DNA of 64,000 nucleotides. Source: Candidatus Binatia bacterium (GTDB taxonomy: Bacteria > Desulfobacterota > Binatia > Bin18). Under the pieces are notes generated by a model. That model made no database searches and had not been told where the DNA came from. It saw only the letters and a list, made by a program, of their open reading frames with translations. This document shows, in pieces, positions 10,209-22,705 of this stretch; the stretch's first letter is position 1; each line of letters opens with the position of its first letter. The stretch lies in NCBI GenBank assembly GCA_963664395.2, contig OY761159.2, positions 3,456,001-3,520,000 on the forward strand, given 5' to 3'. Both the position numbers and the translations under genes were made by a program.

Positions 10209-10907
10209 TCACTGCTCTTCATACCACTGGATTGCACCGCGTAGCCCGCGTTCTTTTCTGACGCGCAGAATCTCGTCATTGCCCGAGCCGAAGTGAAAAA
10301 TGGCGTCGTATTCGGCGCCTGACAGAACGGCGGTCCGAAAACCTTGCAGATCCATTAAGGTTTCAGCCGGAAAGGTCCGAGTGGCAAAGCCCATAGCCTC
10401 GGCCTCTTTGCCGCTGATCTGACTGCCCGGCAAAAACGCCATATACTTGGTTCGGTGCGGTCCGACCAGCCAGTTCCACATCGAACTCACAAAGCCCGCT
10501 CCGGCGGGCAGTGACGGAAAGCCGAGCCGGGCATTGTCGGCCATGAAAATGACATCCGAGCAGGCGCAGATCTGACTCGCCCCGGCCAGGCAGTAGCCGT
10601 GGACCATGGCAATCACCGGCTTGGGCAGCTCGCGCAGGCTGAGCCAGCGTTCAATCATTTTTTGCAGCTCGGTTCGGTCGGTATCGACGGTTTTTCCTCC
10701 CCCTCCAGCGGCTAGGTCATAGCCGGCCGAAAAAGCCCGTCCGGCGCCCCGAATGATGAGGACTTTGATCTCCTCATCCGCGCCAACCGAGGCGATTGCC
10801 TCAGAAAATTCGCCCAACAGCGTCGGGTTCATCGCGTTCAGCTTCTCGGGGCGATTGAGCGTCAGCGTTCCGACCCGATCCTGTTTGTCCAAGAGTACCA
10901 AGTCCAT
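10209..10907 (-). CDS. Enoyl-CoA hydratase/isomerase family protein (appears to have an internal in-frame deletion)
   Basis: LNRPEKLNAM, FSAGYDL and IAMVHGYCLAG; 232 aa. Confidence 0.8.
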   Translation of the reverse strand: MDLVLLDKQDRVGTLTLNRPEKLNAMNPTLLGEFSEAIASVGADEEIKVLIIRGAGRAFSAGYDLAAGGGGKTVDTDRTELQKMIERWLSLRELPKPVIAMVHGYCLAGASQICACSDVIFMADNARLGFPSLPAGAGFVSSMWNWLVGPHRTKYMAFLPGSQISGKEAEAMGFATRTFPAETLMDLQGFRTAVLSGAEYDAIFHFGSGNDEILRVRKERGLRGAIQWYEEQ

Positions 10908-10959
10908 AGTTGCCTCCTCATACACGGCCGACTCCAGCCCAGCATTCAGGGGCAGCAGA

Positions 10960-13023
<2,064 letters not shown>

Positions 13024-13062
13024 TCAAAAATCCGAATAGTAGGTCCTCATGAGGGCCGATAG

Positions 13063-14136
13063 TTACGGCTGATAGTTTCTGTCACAAGCCGGTTGCTGCA
13101 TGGTGACGCAATGCAGCGCCCCAAAGCCTACCACAAGATCAGTACACGGAATCCCTATCACTCTTCGATCTGGAAACAGTTCTTGGAGTATGGCTAGGGC
13201 GATGTCGTCATGGGGGTGGTCATAGGTTGGGACAAGAACGGTGCTATTGGCGATGTAGAAATTGGCATAACTGGCCGGCAGGCGTTCGGCTGCATACTCC
13301 ACCGGCCCGGGCATGGGGAGCGGCACCACGTGGAGCGGTTGTCCTCGTTGGTCGTGCATGGACCGCAGTCGATGCAGGTTGTCCTGGAGCGGTTTGTAGT
13401 TCGCGTCGGCTGGATCGTCTTCAACCGCACACACCACGGTCGTGGGAGTGACAAACCGGGCGATGTCGTCCACATGGCCGTCCGTATCATCCCCAACGAT
13501 CCCCTCTCCGAGCCAGCCAATGTGTTGAACGCCTAGAAACGCTTTCAGAATGTGCTCAATAGCGGAACGGGTGAGGGTCGGATTACGATTGGGGTTGAGT
13601 AAGCAGGATTCGGTCGTCAGCAACATGCCCCGACCGTTAACATCGATGGACCCGCCTTCAAGCACTATGTCCGGAGTAAACGGAACGAGGTCGAGACATT
13701 GGGCGATGCGTTCCGGAACGCTGTTGTCCCGGTCCCACGGCGGGTATTTGGCCCCCCAGGCGTTAAACGTCCAGTTTGTCAGGCCGAGTTCGATGATCTG
13801 CTCGTGCCGACGGGTCAGAAAGAGCGGACCGTGATCCCGGGTCCAAGCGTCGCTGGTCGGAATTTCGTACACACCAATACGAGCGAGGTCCACTCCGGCG
13901 GCGTCAAGGGTGTGGCGGACGTGCCCCGCGGTCGCGAAATCGTTCACACAAATATGCACCCGTTCGTCCCGGTGCAAGGCGGTGATCATCTGCAAATACA
14001 CAGCGGGAATGGCCGAGAGCCTACCAGGCCACGTTTCCCGATTATGCGGCCAAGCCAGCCAGGTGGCGGCATGCGGTTCCCATTCCGCCGGCATCCGAAA
14101 GCCGAGCTGTGCGGGTGTAGGCTGGTGGTATGTCAT
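13063..14136 (-). CDS. aguA: Agmatine deiminase
   Basis: RMPAEWEPH, WTRDHGP, LEGGSID, DDTDGHVD, ASYANF and GALHCVTMQQP. Confidence 0.92.
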   Translation of the reverse strand: MTYHQPTPAQLGFRMPAEWEPHAATWLAWPHNRETWPGRLSAIPAVYLQMITALHRDERVHICVNDFATAGHVRHTLDAAGVDLARIGVYEIPTSDAWTRDHGPLFLTRRHEQIIELGLTNWTFNAWGAKYPPWDRDNSVPERIAQCLDLVPFTPDIVLEGGSIDVNGRGMLLTTESCLLNPNRNPTLTRSAIEHILKAFLGVQHIGWLGEGIVGDDTDGHVDDIARFVTPTTVVCAVEDDPADANYKPLQDNLHRLRSMHDQRGQPLHVVPLPMPGPVEYAAERLPASYANFYIANSTVLVPTYDHPHDDIALAILQELFPDRRVIGIPCTDLVVGFGALHCVTMQQPACDRNYQP

Positions 14137-14188
14137 ACGAGCGGAATAGGCAGAATATATTGGTACACGCAATAAAGACCGGCCGGCC

Positions 14189-15082
14189 CTACGAGTCAAG
14201 AAAACGCTTGGTCAGGTCCGCGTAGGCGTCAATCCGGCGGTCGCGGAAAAATGGCCAATACTGACGAGTGGTGTTGAGCTGACTGAGTGCGCACGGAATA
14301 ATCAGGGTTTCTTCACTGTCGGCGCTTGCCTGCTTGAGTACACGGCCAAACGGATCGCTGACGAATGACCTGCCCCAGAAATTGAGCACCCCTTCCCGGC
14401 CGACGCGGTTGACCGCGGCGACATACAGTCCATTGGCGATCGCGTGGCTGCGCTGCATGATTTGCCAGGCTTCACGCTGGGCCTGATGCTCTTCTGCACC
14501 GTCGTCCGGATGGTCGCCAATCGCGCTTGGATAAAACAGGAGCTGGGCGCCGCTCAGCGCGGTGAGCCGTGCGCCCTCGGGAAACCACTGGTCCCAGCAG
14601 ATGAGCACCCCAATCCGCGCGTAGCGGGTGTGGAAGGTGCGAAAGCCGAGGTCGCCGGGGGTAAAGTAGAACTTCTCGTAATAGAGCGGGTCGTCCGGGA
14701 TATGCATCTTGCGGTACTGTCCGAGGAGCGTCCCGTCGGCATCGATAACCACTGCGCTGTTATGAAAAATCCCCTCGGCTCTTTTCTCGAATATCGGCAC
14801 GATCAAGACGACCTGATGGGCAGCGGCGAGCGGCCTCAGTCGCTCGGTGGTCGGCCCAGGGATCGGCTCGGCCAGAGCGAACCGCTCAACGTCTTCGCTC
14901 TGGCAAAAATAGCGCGACCCGAACAATTCCTGGAGGCAGATGATCTGCGCCCCCTGACCGGCGGCCTCACGGATAGCGTCAGCGGCCTTCTCCAGGTTTT
15001 CGCTTGGCCGGTCGCTACACGACATCTGGACCAAGCCGAGGCTGACCTGCTGTGCTTGGGCTGAAGAGGGTATGCTCGTCAC
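14189..15082 (-). CDS. aguB: N-carbamoylputrescine amidase (carbon-nitrogen hydrolase)
   Basis: LQELF, YRKMHIPDDPLYYEKFYFTPGD, ICWDQWFPE and FFRDRR; adjacent to aguA. Confidence 0.88.
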   Translation of the reverse strand: MTSIPSSAQAQQVSLGLVQMSCSDRPSENLEKAADAIREAAGQGAQIICLQELFGSRYFCQSEDVERFALAEPIPGPTTERLRPLAAAHQVVLIVPIFEKRAEGIFHNSAVVIDADGTLLGQYRKMHIPDDPLYYEKFYFTPGDLGFRTFHTRYARIGVLICWDQWFPEGARLTALSGAQLLFYPSAIGDHPDDGAEEHQAQREAWQIMQRSHAIANGLYVAAVNRVGREGVLNFWGRSFVSDPFGRVLKQASADSEETLIIPCALSQLNTTRQYWPFFRDRRIDAYADLTKRFLDS

Positions 15083-15143
15083 AACGAGGAATTGTAAGGG
15101 ATGGCGTTTCCGGGCTCAATGCCACCCACTCTCAGGCAGGCTT

Positions 15144-15172
15144 TTGACACGGAATGTGAAAATCCCTATATA
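15144..15172 (+). promoter_or_regulatory. Candidate sigma70 promoter for speA
   Basis: TTGACA (15144-15149), 17-nt spacer, TATATA (15167-15172). Confidence 0.5.
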
Positions 15173-15417
15173 CTTGAACGAGCTGGAAACTCAGACAAGT
15201 TGAGACCAAGAATATTGACTGGACTCGTCGTTCCTCCCTTGGCATTTCTGGACCTTCGGGTGAAATCTCCCTGTCGAGCATTTCTCGCGAATCTCTGCTT
15301 TCCCTTATCGACAACACCATTTTGATGTAACCCGTTGATACGAGGCGTGAGGAAGACAGCGGCCTCTCCTCTGCCGACAGATCAACGGCGCCCCGGATAT
15401 ATGACTGCCATAGGGGT

Positions 15418-17427
15418 GTGTCTTTCATGACTAGTATGACGAAGCGCGAAACAGCGGACACGAGACGGATTTTCCCGACCCCGGCGTGGGAAGCTGCGGG
15501 CGTGGTTGTGGATAGCCGAGCGTCGTCTGTCCACACGGCTCTGGAAGAGACTATCGCTCTCTACGGTATTCAGCACTGGGGAAGTGAGTACTTCAGCGTG
15601 AACACAAACGGGGAAGTCGTGTGTGCATTTCCCGCGTCGCAGCCTGCAACTACTCCGTTGAAAGAGATCATTGCCCGGCTTGAAGAACAGGGGATTTCAA
15701 CCCCCGTCGTGCTGCGTTTTCCGCAGATCATTGCGTACCAATTGAACAAGCTCGCCGGGGCCTTTCAAGCTGCGATAAAAGAATTTGGCTACCAGAAGGA
15801 TTACATCCCCGCCTATCCCATCAAAGTCAACCAAAAGAAAGAGGTGGTTCGAGATGTCCTGCACTTTGGGGACCCGTATCAAGTCGGCCTTGAGGTCGGC
15901 AGCAAAGCGGAGCTGGCAGTTGCCCTGGCCCTGACCCGTAATCGGCAATCGCCCGTTATTTGTAATGGAGTGAAGGACACCGACTATCTCAAACTGGCCC
16001 TCATCGGAAAGCAGATCGGCAAACGCGTCTTTATTGTATCGGAGAGCCTGTTTGAGTTGCACTCACTGATAGAGCTTAGCCAACGCCTGGGGATGCGGCC
16101 GTTTATCGGCCTCCGACTGAAATTAGCGGCCCGCGGAAGTGGGAAATGGGAGAAATCGAGTGGTGATCTGTCCAAGTTCGGGTTTACCACAACGGATCTC
16201 CTCAAATGTATCCGCCTCCTTCAAGAGGCCGATATGCTTGACTGCCTCAGTCTGCTGCATTTTCACATCGGCTCACAGGTCACGGAGATCAGACGAGTCA
16301 AATATGCGGTCAAAGAGGCCGCACGCACCTATGCCAAGTTGCGGCAAATCTGTCCGCAGCTCCACTATCTCGATGTAGGCGGCGGACTTGGGATCGATTA
16401 TGACGGCTCACGGACGGCCTCAGAGTCGAGTGTCAATTACTCTGTCCAAGAGTATGCCAACGACATTATTTACTCGATCAAGGAGGTATGTGAGAGCGAA
16501 GAGGTCGAAGAACCAACTGTGCTGACGGAGACCGGACGGATGATTGCCGCTCCGCACGCCATGCTGGTTTTCAATGCGGTAGATGAAATTGCGCTCTCGA
16601 ACGGTCCGGTCCATGTCGAGGACCACGGGGGGAAGCCCGAAGTCATTCAAGAGATGTACGACATTTATACCGGGACGAATGCCAAGAATTACCGGGAGTA
16701 TTATCACGACATCCTGGAGCAGCGCGAAGAAATGTTCTCGCTGTTTAACCTTGGTTATCTCTCGCTTGAAGACCGAGGGCTGGGTCAGGAACTCTTCTGG
16801 GGGACGTGTGAACGGGCGCTCAAGTTTGCCAAGTCGGTGAAGCATATGCCTGAAGAGTTTGAAGACCTGGAACAACGTCTGGCACACAAGTTCATTTGTA
16901 ATTTCTCTGTCTTCCAGTCCATTCCCGATTCCTGGGCGCTTGAGCAACTCTTTCCCATCATGCCGATTCACCGGCTGAATGAAGTGCCTGAGCGCAGGGG
17001 CTATTTGGCGGATTTAACCTGTGACTCGGATGGCAAGGTCGATAATTTTGTCGATCTCCACAACATTAAGGAATATCTGGAACTCCATAGGCTGAACGGA
17101 GAGCCGTATTACCTTGGCGTGTTCTTTACCGGGGCGTACCAAGATGTCATGGGTGACTACCATAATCTCTTCGGCCACGTACACGATGTGTCCGTAGTGG
17201 TGGATGAAAATGGGGCCGCTCGGATCACGAACATTACTCCAGGCCAGACGGTGGAAGATGTGCTGCGCGTCTTTCGTTATGAACGAGAAGAACTCCTTGC
17301 TGAATTTTGCAGTCGTATCCACGAAGGCCCTGCACGGAATGGCCGGCCTACGGAATCGGAGGAAAACCTGATTCGAGAGTATGAAGCGATTTTGGGAAGC
17401 TATACGTATCTGACACCTGATAAATGA
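15418..17427 (+). CDS. speA: Biosynthetic arginine decarboxylase (exact start uncertain)
   Basis: YPIKVNQ, GLEVGSKAEL, HFHIGSQ, DVGGGLGIDYDG, DLTCDSDG and GAYQ. Confidence 0.95.
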   Translation: MSFMTSMTKRETADTRRIFPTPAWEAAGVVVDSRASSVHTALEETIALYGIQHWGSEYFSVNTNGEVVCAFPASQPATTPLKEIIARLEEQGISTPVVLRFPQIIAYQLNKLAGAFQAAIKEFGYQKDYIPAYPIKVNQKKEVVRDVLHFGDPYQVGLEVGSKAELAVALALTRNRQSPVICNGVKDTDYLKLALIGKQIGKRVFIVSESLFELHSLIELSQRLGMRPFIGLRLKLAARGSGKWEKSSGDLSKFGFTTTDLLKCIRLLQEADMLDCLSLLHFHIGSQVTEIRRVKYAVKEAARTYAKLRQICPQLHYLDVGGGLGIDYDGSRTASESSVNYSVQEYANDIIYSIKEVCESEEVEEPTVLTETGRMIAAPHAMLVFNAVDEIALSNGPVHVEDHGGKPEVIQEMYDIYTGTNAKNYREYYHDILEQREEMFSLFNLGYLSLEDRGLGQELFWGTCERALKFAKSVKHMPEEFEDLEQRLAHKFICNFSVFQSIPDSWALEQLFPIMPIHRLNEVPERRGYLADLTCDSDGKVDNFVDLHNIKEYLELHRLNGEPYYLGVFFTGAYQDVMGDYHNLFGHVHDVSVVVDENGAARITNITPGQTVEDVLRVFRYEREELLAEFCSRIHEGPARNGRPTESEENLIREYEAILGSYTYLTPDK

Positions 17428-17472
17428 ACAGAGATGAAGATCTAGGCTGGACAAAGAAAAGGCCCCCGGCCT

Positions 17473-18450
17473 ATGGCACACATTCTTGATGGTAACGAAC
17501 CGCAGACAATCGCTCGCGCAGCTGAACGACTCCAGGCTGGAGATATCGTGGCTTTCCCCACAGAGACGGTCTACGGCCTGGGGGCGAACGCGCTGAATGA
17601 AAAAGCGGTTGCCACAGTCTTTGCTGCAAAGAACCGCCCCGAGTTTGACCCACTGATTGTCCATGTCGCACACAAAAAGGTTGTTTCAAAATATGCGACA
17701 GGAGTAGACGAACGCGCCCGGCAACTCATAGACACATTCTGGCCCGGCCCGCTGACACTCGTTCTCCCCAAGCGAGCCCTTATTCCAGACCTTGTGACCG
17801 CCGGCCTGGAGACCGTTGCTCTTCGTATGCCGTCGCATCCGGTTGCGCTCGCGCTCTTACGAACCGTCGATTTCCCGATTGCTGCACCAAGCGCCAACCC
17901 GTTCGGGTACGTGAGCCCGACAACCGCGGCGCATGTGCAAGACTCGCTCGGGGATGCTGTTGATCTCATTATTGATGGCGGGCGGTGCACGGTCGGCGTT
18001 GAATCAACGGTGTGTGCGTTGACCGAGTACCAGGCAGTGCTGCTCCGGCCCGGGGGCGTAACGCTCGAACAGATAGAGTCGGTCATTGGGCCAGTCCACG
18101 TGGGTGAACCAACGCAAGCGGATAAACGTTCGCCGGGCACGCTGCTGTCGCATTATGCGCCGAGGGTTCCGGTTCAACTCCTTGGGCCTGGAGACTCTCT
18201 TCCTCAGCCCAGGGCCGGAGAACGAGTCGGGCTGCTCAGTCTCAGCCCTCGGTCCGATGCGACCGGTTATACGATAACGGAATCGCTTTCAGGGGACGGG
18301 AATCTGATAGACGCGGCGGCCTACTTGTTTGCCGCGCTCAGACGGCTGGATACATATGGATTGGATCGAGTCGTCATCGAATCCGTTCCTGAGACTGGCA
18401 TTGGCCGGGCCATCATGGATCGCCTCCGCCGGGCAGCGGCGCGTGACTGA
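17473..18450 (+). CDS. sua5: L-threonylcarbamoyladenylate synthase, Sua5 type
   Basis: VAFPTETVYGLGA, FWPGPLT, AAPSAN, SPG..SHYAP and a SUA5 C-terminal domain. Confidence 0.92.
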   Translation: MAHILDGNEPQTIARAAERLQAGDIVAFPTETVYGLGANALNEKAVATVFAAKNRPEFDPLIVHVAHKKVVSKYATGVDERARQLIDTFWPGPLTLVLPKRALIPDLVTAGLETVALRMPSHPVALALLRTVDFPIAAPSANPFGYVSPTTAAHVQDSLGDAVDLIIDGGRCTVGVESTVCALTEYQAVLLRPGGVTLEQIESVIGPVHVGEPTQADKRSPGTLLSHYAPRVPVQLLGPGDSLPQPRAGERVGLLSLSPRSDATGYTITESLSGDGNLIDAAAYLFAALRRLDTYGLDRVVIESVPETGIGRAIMDRLRRAAARD

Positions 18451-19101
18451 TTACTTCAAGAGGCCCATCTGCGTGCTTGATACGTCCGCCGATTGGGAAT
18501 GATTGGAGTACGTCGTCCATGTCGGCGTGTACTGCTTCGATTGATTCCCCCAGGTGGACCAGCCTTCCCTGGGGCCACGTGCAAACAACTCAATAAACGG
18601 TCCGGGACTGCACGCTTCTATGATTGCGTACTGCTCGTCGGGCTTCCGGCTGTGCTCCCTCTTCCTGGAGAGCATGATATTTTCCTGTCTTCTGCCGGGT
18701 GCCAAGGTCCTGGCATGCTGCCCCTTCACGCCGAACAGCACCATCTCGGTGACGTTCCTGAAATAGAACCCGACTCCCCTTCTATCGGGGCCGCCGTCTT
18801 GTCTGACCTTGTACCAGATCAGATTCGTTTTGTACTGAAATCCCCAGCACTTCATGACCTGTAAGCCCTCCGCCAATAAGGCGTTGGGCACCCAGAGATA
18901 GAGATGGGCGGTCTCCTCCACCACGTCCCTGACGGGTAGGTTCTCAATTTCCTCAAACGTGAGCGTCGGATAGCGTGCCAGCCGTTTGTGCTCGGGTGCG
19001 ACCTTGCCGGTCTTGTTCTGAAATCGCCACGGTGGGTCGGCAAGCACGGTAGCGAACTTCCTTGTACCAACCTCTTCTCTGAAGTCTTCGGCCGCGCTCA
19101 T
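18451..19101 (-). CDS. MT-A70 family adenine methyltransferase (orphan)
   Basis: LADPPW catalytic motif, HLYLW, EHSRKP and ELFARG; AAGGAG RBS before ATG 19101. Confidence 0.88.
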   Translation of the reverse strand: MSAAEDFREEVGTRKFATVLADPPWRFQNKTGKVAPEHKRLARYPTLTFEEIENLPVRDVVEETAHLYLWVPNALLAEGLQVMKCWGFQYKTNLIWYKVRQDGGPDRRGVGFYFRNVTEMVLFGVKGQHARTLAPGRRQENIMLSRKREHSRKPDEQYAIIEACSPGPFIELFARGPREGWSTWGNQSKQYTPTWTTYSNHSQSADVSSTQMGLLK

Positions 19102-19206
19102 TCGCTTGACATCTCCTTGGCCGACTTTCTGCTGAAGGGTTCTGAGGAGGTACGGAGAGGGCGGCAAGCGACCTCTCCGCTACAAGAGAAAGGGGTGCGG
19201 TGTATA

Positions 19207-21435
19207 TTACAGCGCGTCGATAATGGCGTTGAAGGTCGCGCTGGGACGCATGGCCGGTTCGGCCCTGGCCGGGTCGGGGAAATAATATCCGCCGATGTCC
19301 ATCGGTTCGCCTTGGGCGGCGATCATTTCCTGTGTGATTGTGGCTTCGTTCTCCTTGAGCGTTTTGGCAACGCCGGCAAAACGGGCCCGCAGGGAGGCAT
19401 CTGTGTTCTGGGCCGCCAGGGCTTCCGACCAATACAGGGCGAGGTAGAAGGTGCTGCCGCGGTTATCGATCTCATGCACCTTGCGCGAGGGGGATTTGGC
19501 GTTTTCAAAATATTTGCTGACTGCCTGATCCAGGGTTTCCGCGAGAACCTTGGCCTTGTCGTTCCCGGTGTTGGCGGCGATCAACTCAAACGAGGGGACG
19601 AGGGCGCAGTATTCGCCCAGGGAGTCCCAGCGGAGGTGGCCTTCTTTGAGGAACTGTTGCACGTGCTTGGGGGCCGAGCCGCCGGCACCGGTCTCGAAGA
19701 GGCCGCCGCCTTCCATCAGCGGGACGATAGAGAGCATTCGGGCGCTGGTCCCGAGTTCGAGAATCGGGAACAGGTCGGTCAGATAGTCTCGCAACACATT
19801 GCCGGTCACGGCAATCGTATCTTCGCCTCCGCGAATCCGTTCCAGGGCAAACCGCATCCCGGCCTGCGGCTCCATGATGCGAATATCAAGACCGGTGGTG
19901 TCGTGCTCCGGCAGATAGCGGTTGACTTTTTTGATTATTTCCGTGTCATGCCCTCTGCGCTCGTCCAGCCAGAAAATCGCGGGCGAACCGGACGCTTTGG
20001 CTCTGGCGACCGCCAGCCGGACCCAGTCGCGGATCGGCGCGTCCTTGGTCTGGCTCATTCTGAAGATGTCCCCGCTTTCGACAGGCTGCTCCAGAAGGGT
20101 GGTGCCGGAACCGTCCACAACGCGAATCGTTCCGGCCGCGGGTGCTTCAAACGTTTTGTCGTGCGACCCGTACTCTTCGGCTTTTTGGGCCATCAGGCCG
20201 ACGTTGGAAACGCTGCCCATGGTCGCCGGGTCGAACTGTCCGTACTTTTTGGCGTTTTCCAGGATTTCTTTGTATACGGTGGCGTAGCACCGGTCCGGTA
20301 TCATGGCGATGGTGTCTTGCAGTTGGTCTTGTGTATTCCACATCCGGCCCCCATCGCGCACGACATTCGGCATGGAGGCGTCAATAATGATGTCATTGGG
20401 CACGTGGAGGTTGGTCGTGCCTCGGCGTGAGTCGACCATGGCCAGGGCGGGGCGTTTTTCGTACACCGCGGCGATGTCGGCTTCAATCTCGGCTTTTGTA
20501 TTGGCCGGCAGGCGGTCAAGTCTGGCCAGCACATCCGCGAGTCCGTTGTTGACATTCGCGCCGACCTCAGCGAGCGCGTCCGCGTGCTTTTCTAACGCCT
20601 CCCGGAAGTACACCGACACGCAATGCCCGAACATAATGGGATCGGAGACCTTCATCATGGTCGCCTTGAGATGCAAAGACAGCAGCACGCCGTCTCTTTT
20701 GGCTGCGTCCATCTGCTCGGCATAGAATGCGCGTAAGGCCTTCACGTTCATGACCGAGGTGTCAATCACCTCGCCTGCAAGCAGAGACAGCCCCTCTTTG
20801 AGGACGGTCACGTTTCCGTCCGCGGCAACACATTCGATCCGCACGTCAGTCGCGGCGGCCAGGGTGGTCGATTTTTCGCTTTCAAAAAAGTCTTTTGCCT
20901 GCATGTGGACGACTTGGGCTTTCGAGCCGCTTTCCGGCCACTGCTGCATCATTTTGTGGGGATTTTTCTGGGCGAATTTCTTGACCGAGGCTGCGGCCCT
21001 GCGGTCCGAGTTGCCTTCCCGCAGGACAGGATTCACGGCTGAACCGAGCACCACGGCAAAGCGTGCTTGTAATGCCCGCTCCTCAGCGGTTGTGGGCTCT
21101 TCCGGATAATCGGGGATAGCGTACCCCTTGGCTTGGAGTTCCTTGATCGCGTCTTTCAACTGAGGAATGGTTGCGCTGATATTCGGCAGCTTAATGATAT
21201 TGGCTTCCGGCGTCTTGGTCATTGCACCGAGTTGCGTCAGGTAATCCGGGATTTTTTGCTCTTCAGTGAGGGCGTCGGGAAAGTTGGCGATGATTCTGCC
21301 GACAAGGGAGATATCGCTTGTTTCGACCTCAATACCCGAACCTTTGGTATAGGCCCGCACGACCGGAAGGAGGGCAAAGGTTGCCAAGGCCGGTGCTTCA
21401 TCAATCTGGGTCCATGTGATTTTCGCTGTAGTCAT
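19207..21435 (-). CDS. icd: Monomeric NADP-dependent isocitrate dehydrogenase
   Basis: 742 aa; [29 protein letters not shown] and [12 protein letters not shown]. Confidence 0.95.
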   Translation of the reverse strand: MTTAKITWTQIDEAPALATFALLPVVRAYTKGSGIEVETSDISLVGRIIANFPDALTEEQKIPDYLTQLGAMTKTPEANIIKLPNISATIPQLKDAIKELQAKGYAIPDYPEEPTTAEERALQARFAVVLGSAVNPVLREGNSDRRAAASVKKFAQKNPHKMMQQWPESGSKAQVVHMQAKDFFESEKSTTLAAATDVRIECVAADGNVTVLKEGLSLLAGEVIDTSVMNVKALRAFYAEQMDAAKRDGVLLSLHLKATMMKVSDPIMFGHCVSVYFREALEKHADALAEVGANVNNGLADVLARLDRLPANTKAEIEADIAAVYEKRPALAMVDSRRGTTNLHVPNDIIIDASMPNVVRDGGRMWNTQDQLQDTIAMIPDRCYATVYKEILENAKKYGQFDPATMGSVSNVGLMAQKAEEYGSHDKTFEAPAAGTIRVVDGSGTTLLEQPVESGDIFRMSQTKDAPIRDWVRLAVARAKASGSPAIFWLDERRGHDTEIIKKVNRYLPEHDTTGLDIRIMEPQAGMRFALERIRGGEDTIAVTGNVLRDYLTDLFPILELGTSARMLSIVPLMEGGGLFETGAGGSAPKHVQQFLKEGHLRWDSLGEYCALVPSFELIAANTGNDKAKVLAETLDQAVSKYFENAKSPSRKVHEIDNRGSTFYLALYWSEALAAQNTDASLRARFAGVAKTLKENEATITQEMIAAQGEPMDIGGYYFPDPARAEPAMRPSATFNAIIDAL

Positions 21436-21598
21436 GTTCGCTCCTTAACTGTCCCATGACGGTATGTGAGCATGGGATTATACCAAATCGCGGGTCTATC
21501 GTAAGGGTGGGGGCGGTGTGACACCGCCCGTCGCATTGCAAAGCGTGGGGGAAGATAGTAGACAGTGAAAGTTGTTCAGCCAGCGGAAGGAGGCGGGT

Positions 21599-22663
21599 AT
21601 GCGACGAATGCTGCTCCTTTGTTCTCTTGTGTGTGTTCTTGGTTTCTTCTCAGCGTGTCATGAAGCGGTTGAGGAAGTCCCGCTGAGTACCAGCCTGATT
21701 ACTATTACTGATAAATTTTTTGACGTAGAGGCCCTCTCGGCTGACACAGCGGTGGTTGTCGGCTATGCGGGCAAGATTCTCCGCACCGCCGATGGCGGCC
21801 AAAGCTGGCAGGTCAAGGACAGCGGGACGAATGCCGCGCTGTACAGTATTGCTTTTCCTGATGAGCACAATGGCTGGGTCAGTGGGCAGGATGGCACCCT
21901 GCTGCACTCCAAGGATGGGGGCGAGACCTGGCAGCGGCAGGACAGCCAACTGAGTGATCCGATATTTGGCCTTTCTTTCATCGATACCCACCACGGCTGG
22001 GCCGCGGCTGATCGGGCGACGTATCTGAAAACGACAAACGGCGGAGAGTCCTGGGAGTCGGGCTATATCCAGCCCTCGCTCGAAGGAGTCGGAGCGGATG
22101 CAACCCTGGCCCTGGTGGACCCCATCTTCTACGCTGTGCAGTTTCTTGACGAAAACTCTGGCTGGATTGTTGGCGAGTTTGGCAAGATTCACCACACCAC
22201 AGATGGCGGGCAGCACTGGGTGGAGCAGCAGAACAGCCTGCTCGGACAGTTGGGATTTACCGATGCCTTAAACCTCCCCACCTTCTTTGGGCTCTCCTTT
22301 TCCGACGCGAACAATGGCGTGGTTGTCGGACTTGAGGGGAAAATTGCGACCACATCCAATGCCGGTCAGCAGTGGAACTTTACCGGACAAGCCGGCCCTG
22401 GTGGAGCCCTATTCGATACTGAACCACTCTATGCGCCACATTTAATAGGGACTGAGGGCCGTGGCTGGATCGTGGGTGGAGCCGGCCGGGTCCTGCGCCT
22501 TCAAGCTGGAGAATGGACACCGACGAGTATTGGCATGCCTATCGCAACCTGGCTGCGTGCGGTCGATTTCTACGATGCCGAGCATGGCTGGATTGTGGGT
22601 GGGTATGGAGCCATCTTACGGACGACGGACGGCGGCAAGAGCTGGCTGCGTGTTTTTGGATAA
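21599..22663 (+). CDS. YCF48-related BNR/Asp-box beta-propeller lipoprotein
   Basis: Signal peptide ending FSAC; repeated T.DGG..W Asp-boxes and GWIVG. Confidence 0.8.
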   Translation: MRRMLLLCSLVCVLGFFSACHEAVEEVPLSTSLITITDKFFDVEALSADTAVVVGYAGKILRTADGGQSWQVKDSGTNAALYSIAFPDEHNGWVSGQDGTLLHSKDGGETWQRQDSQLSDPIFGLSFIDTHHGWAAADRATYLKTTNGGESWESGYIQPSLEGVGADATLALVDPIFYAVQFLDENSGWIVGEFGKIHHTTDGGQHWVEQQNSLLGQLGFTDALNLPTFFGLSFSDANNGVVVGLEGKIATTSNAGQQWNFTGQAGPGGALFDTEPLYAPHLIGTEGRGWIVGGAGRVLRLQAGEWTPTSIGMPIATWLRAVDFYDAEHGWIVGGYGAILRTTDGGKSWLRVFG

Positions 22664-22705
22664 CAACCGATTATTCAAATTCTTCAAATTGGGGAGTAAA
22701 AGTAT

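Noticed and set aside
18988-20430. Long antisense ORFs (e.g. 480 aa opposite icd; others opposite pncB, ligA, glyA and infB)
   Set aside because: These are shadow frames of GC-rich, well-supported genes and show no recognisable motifs.
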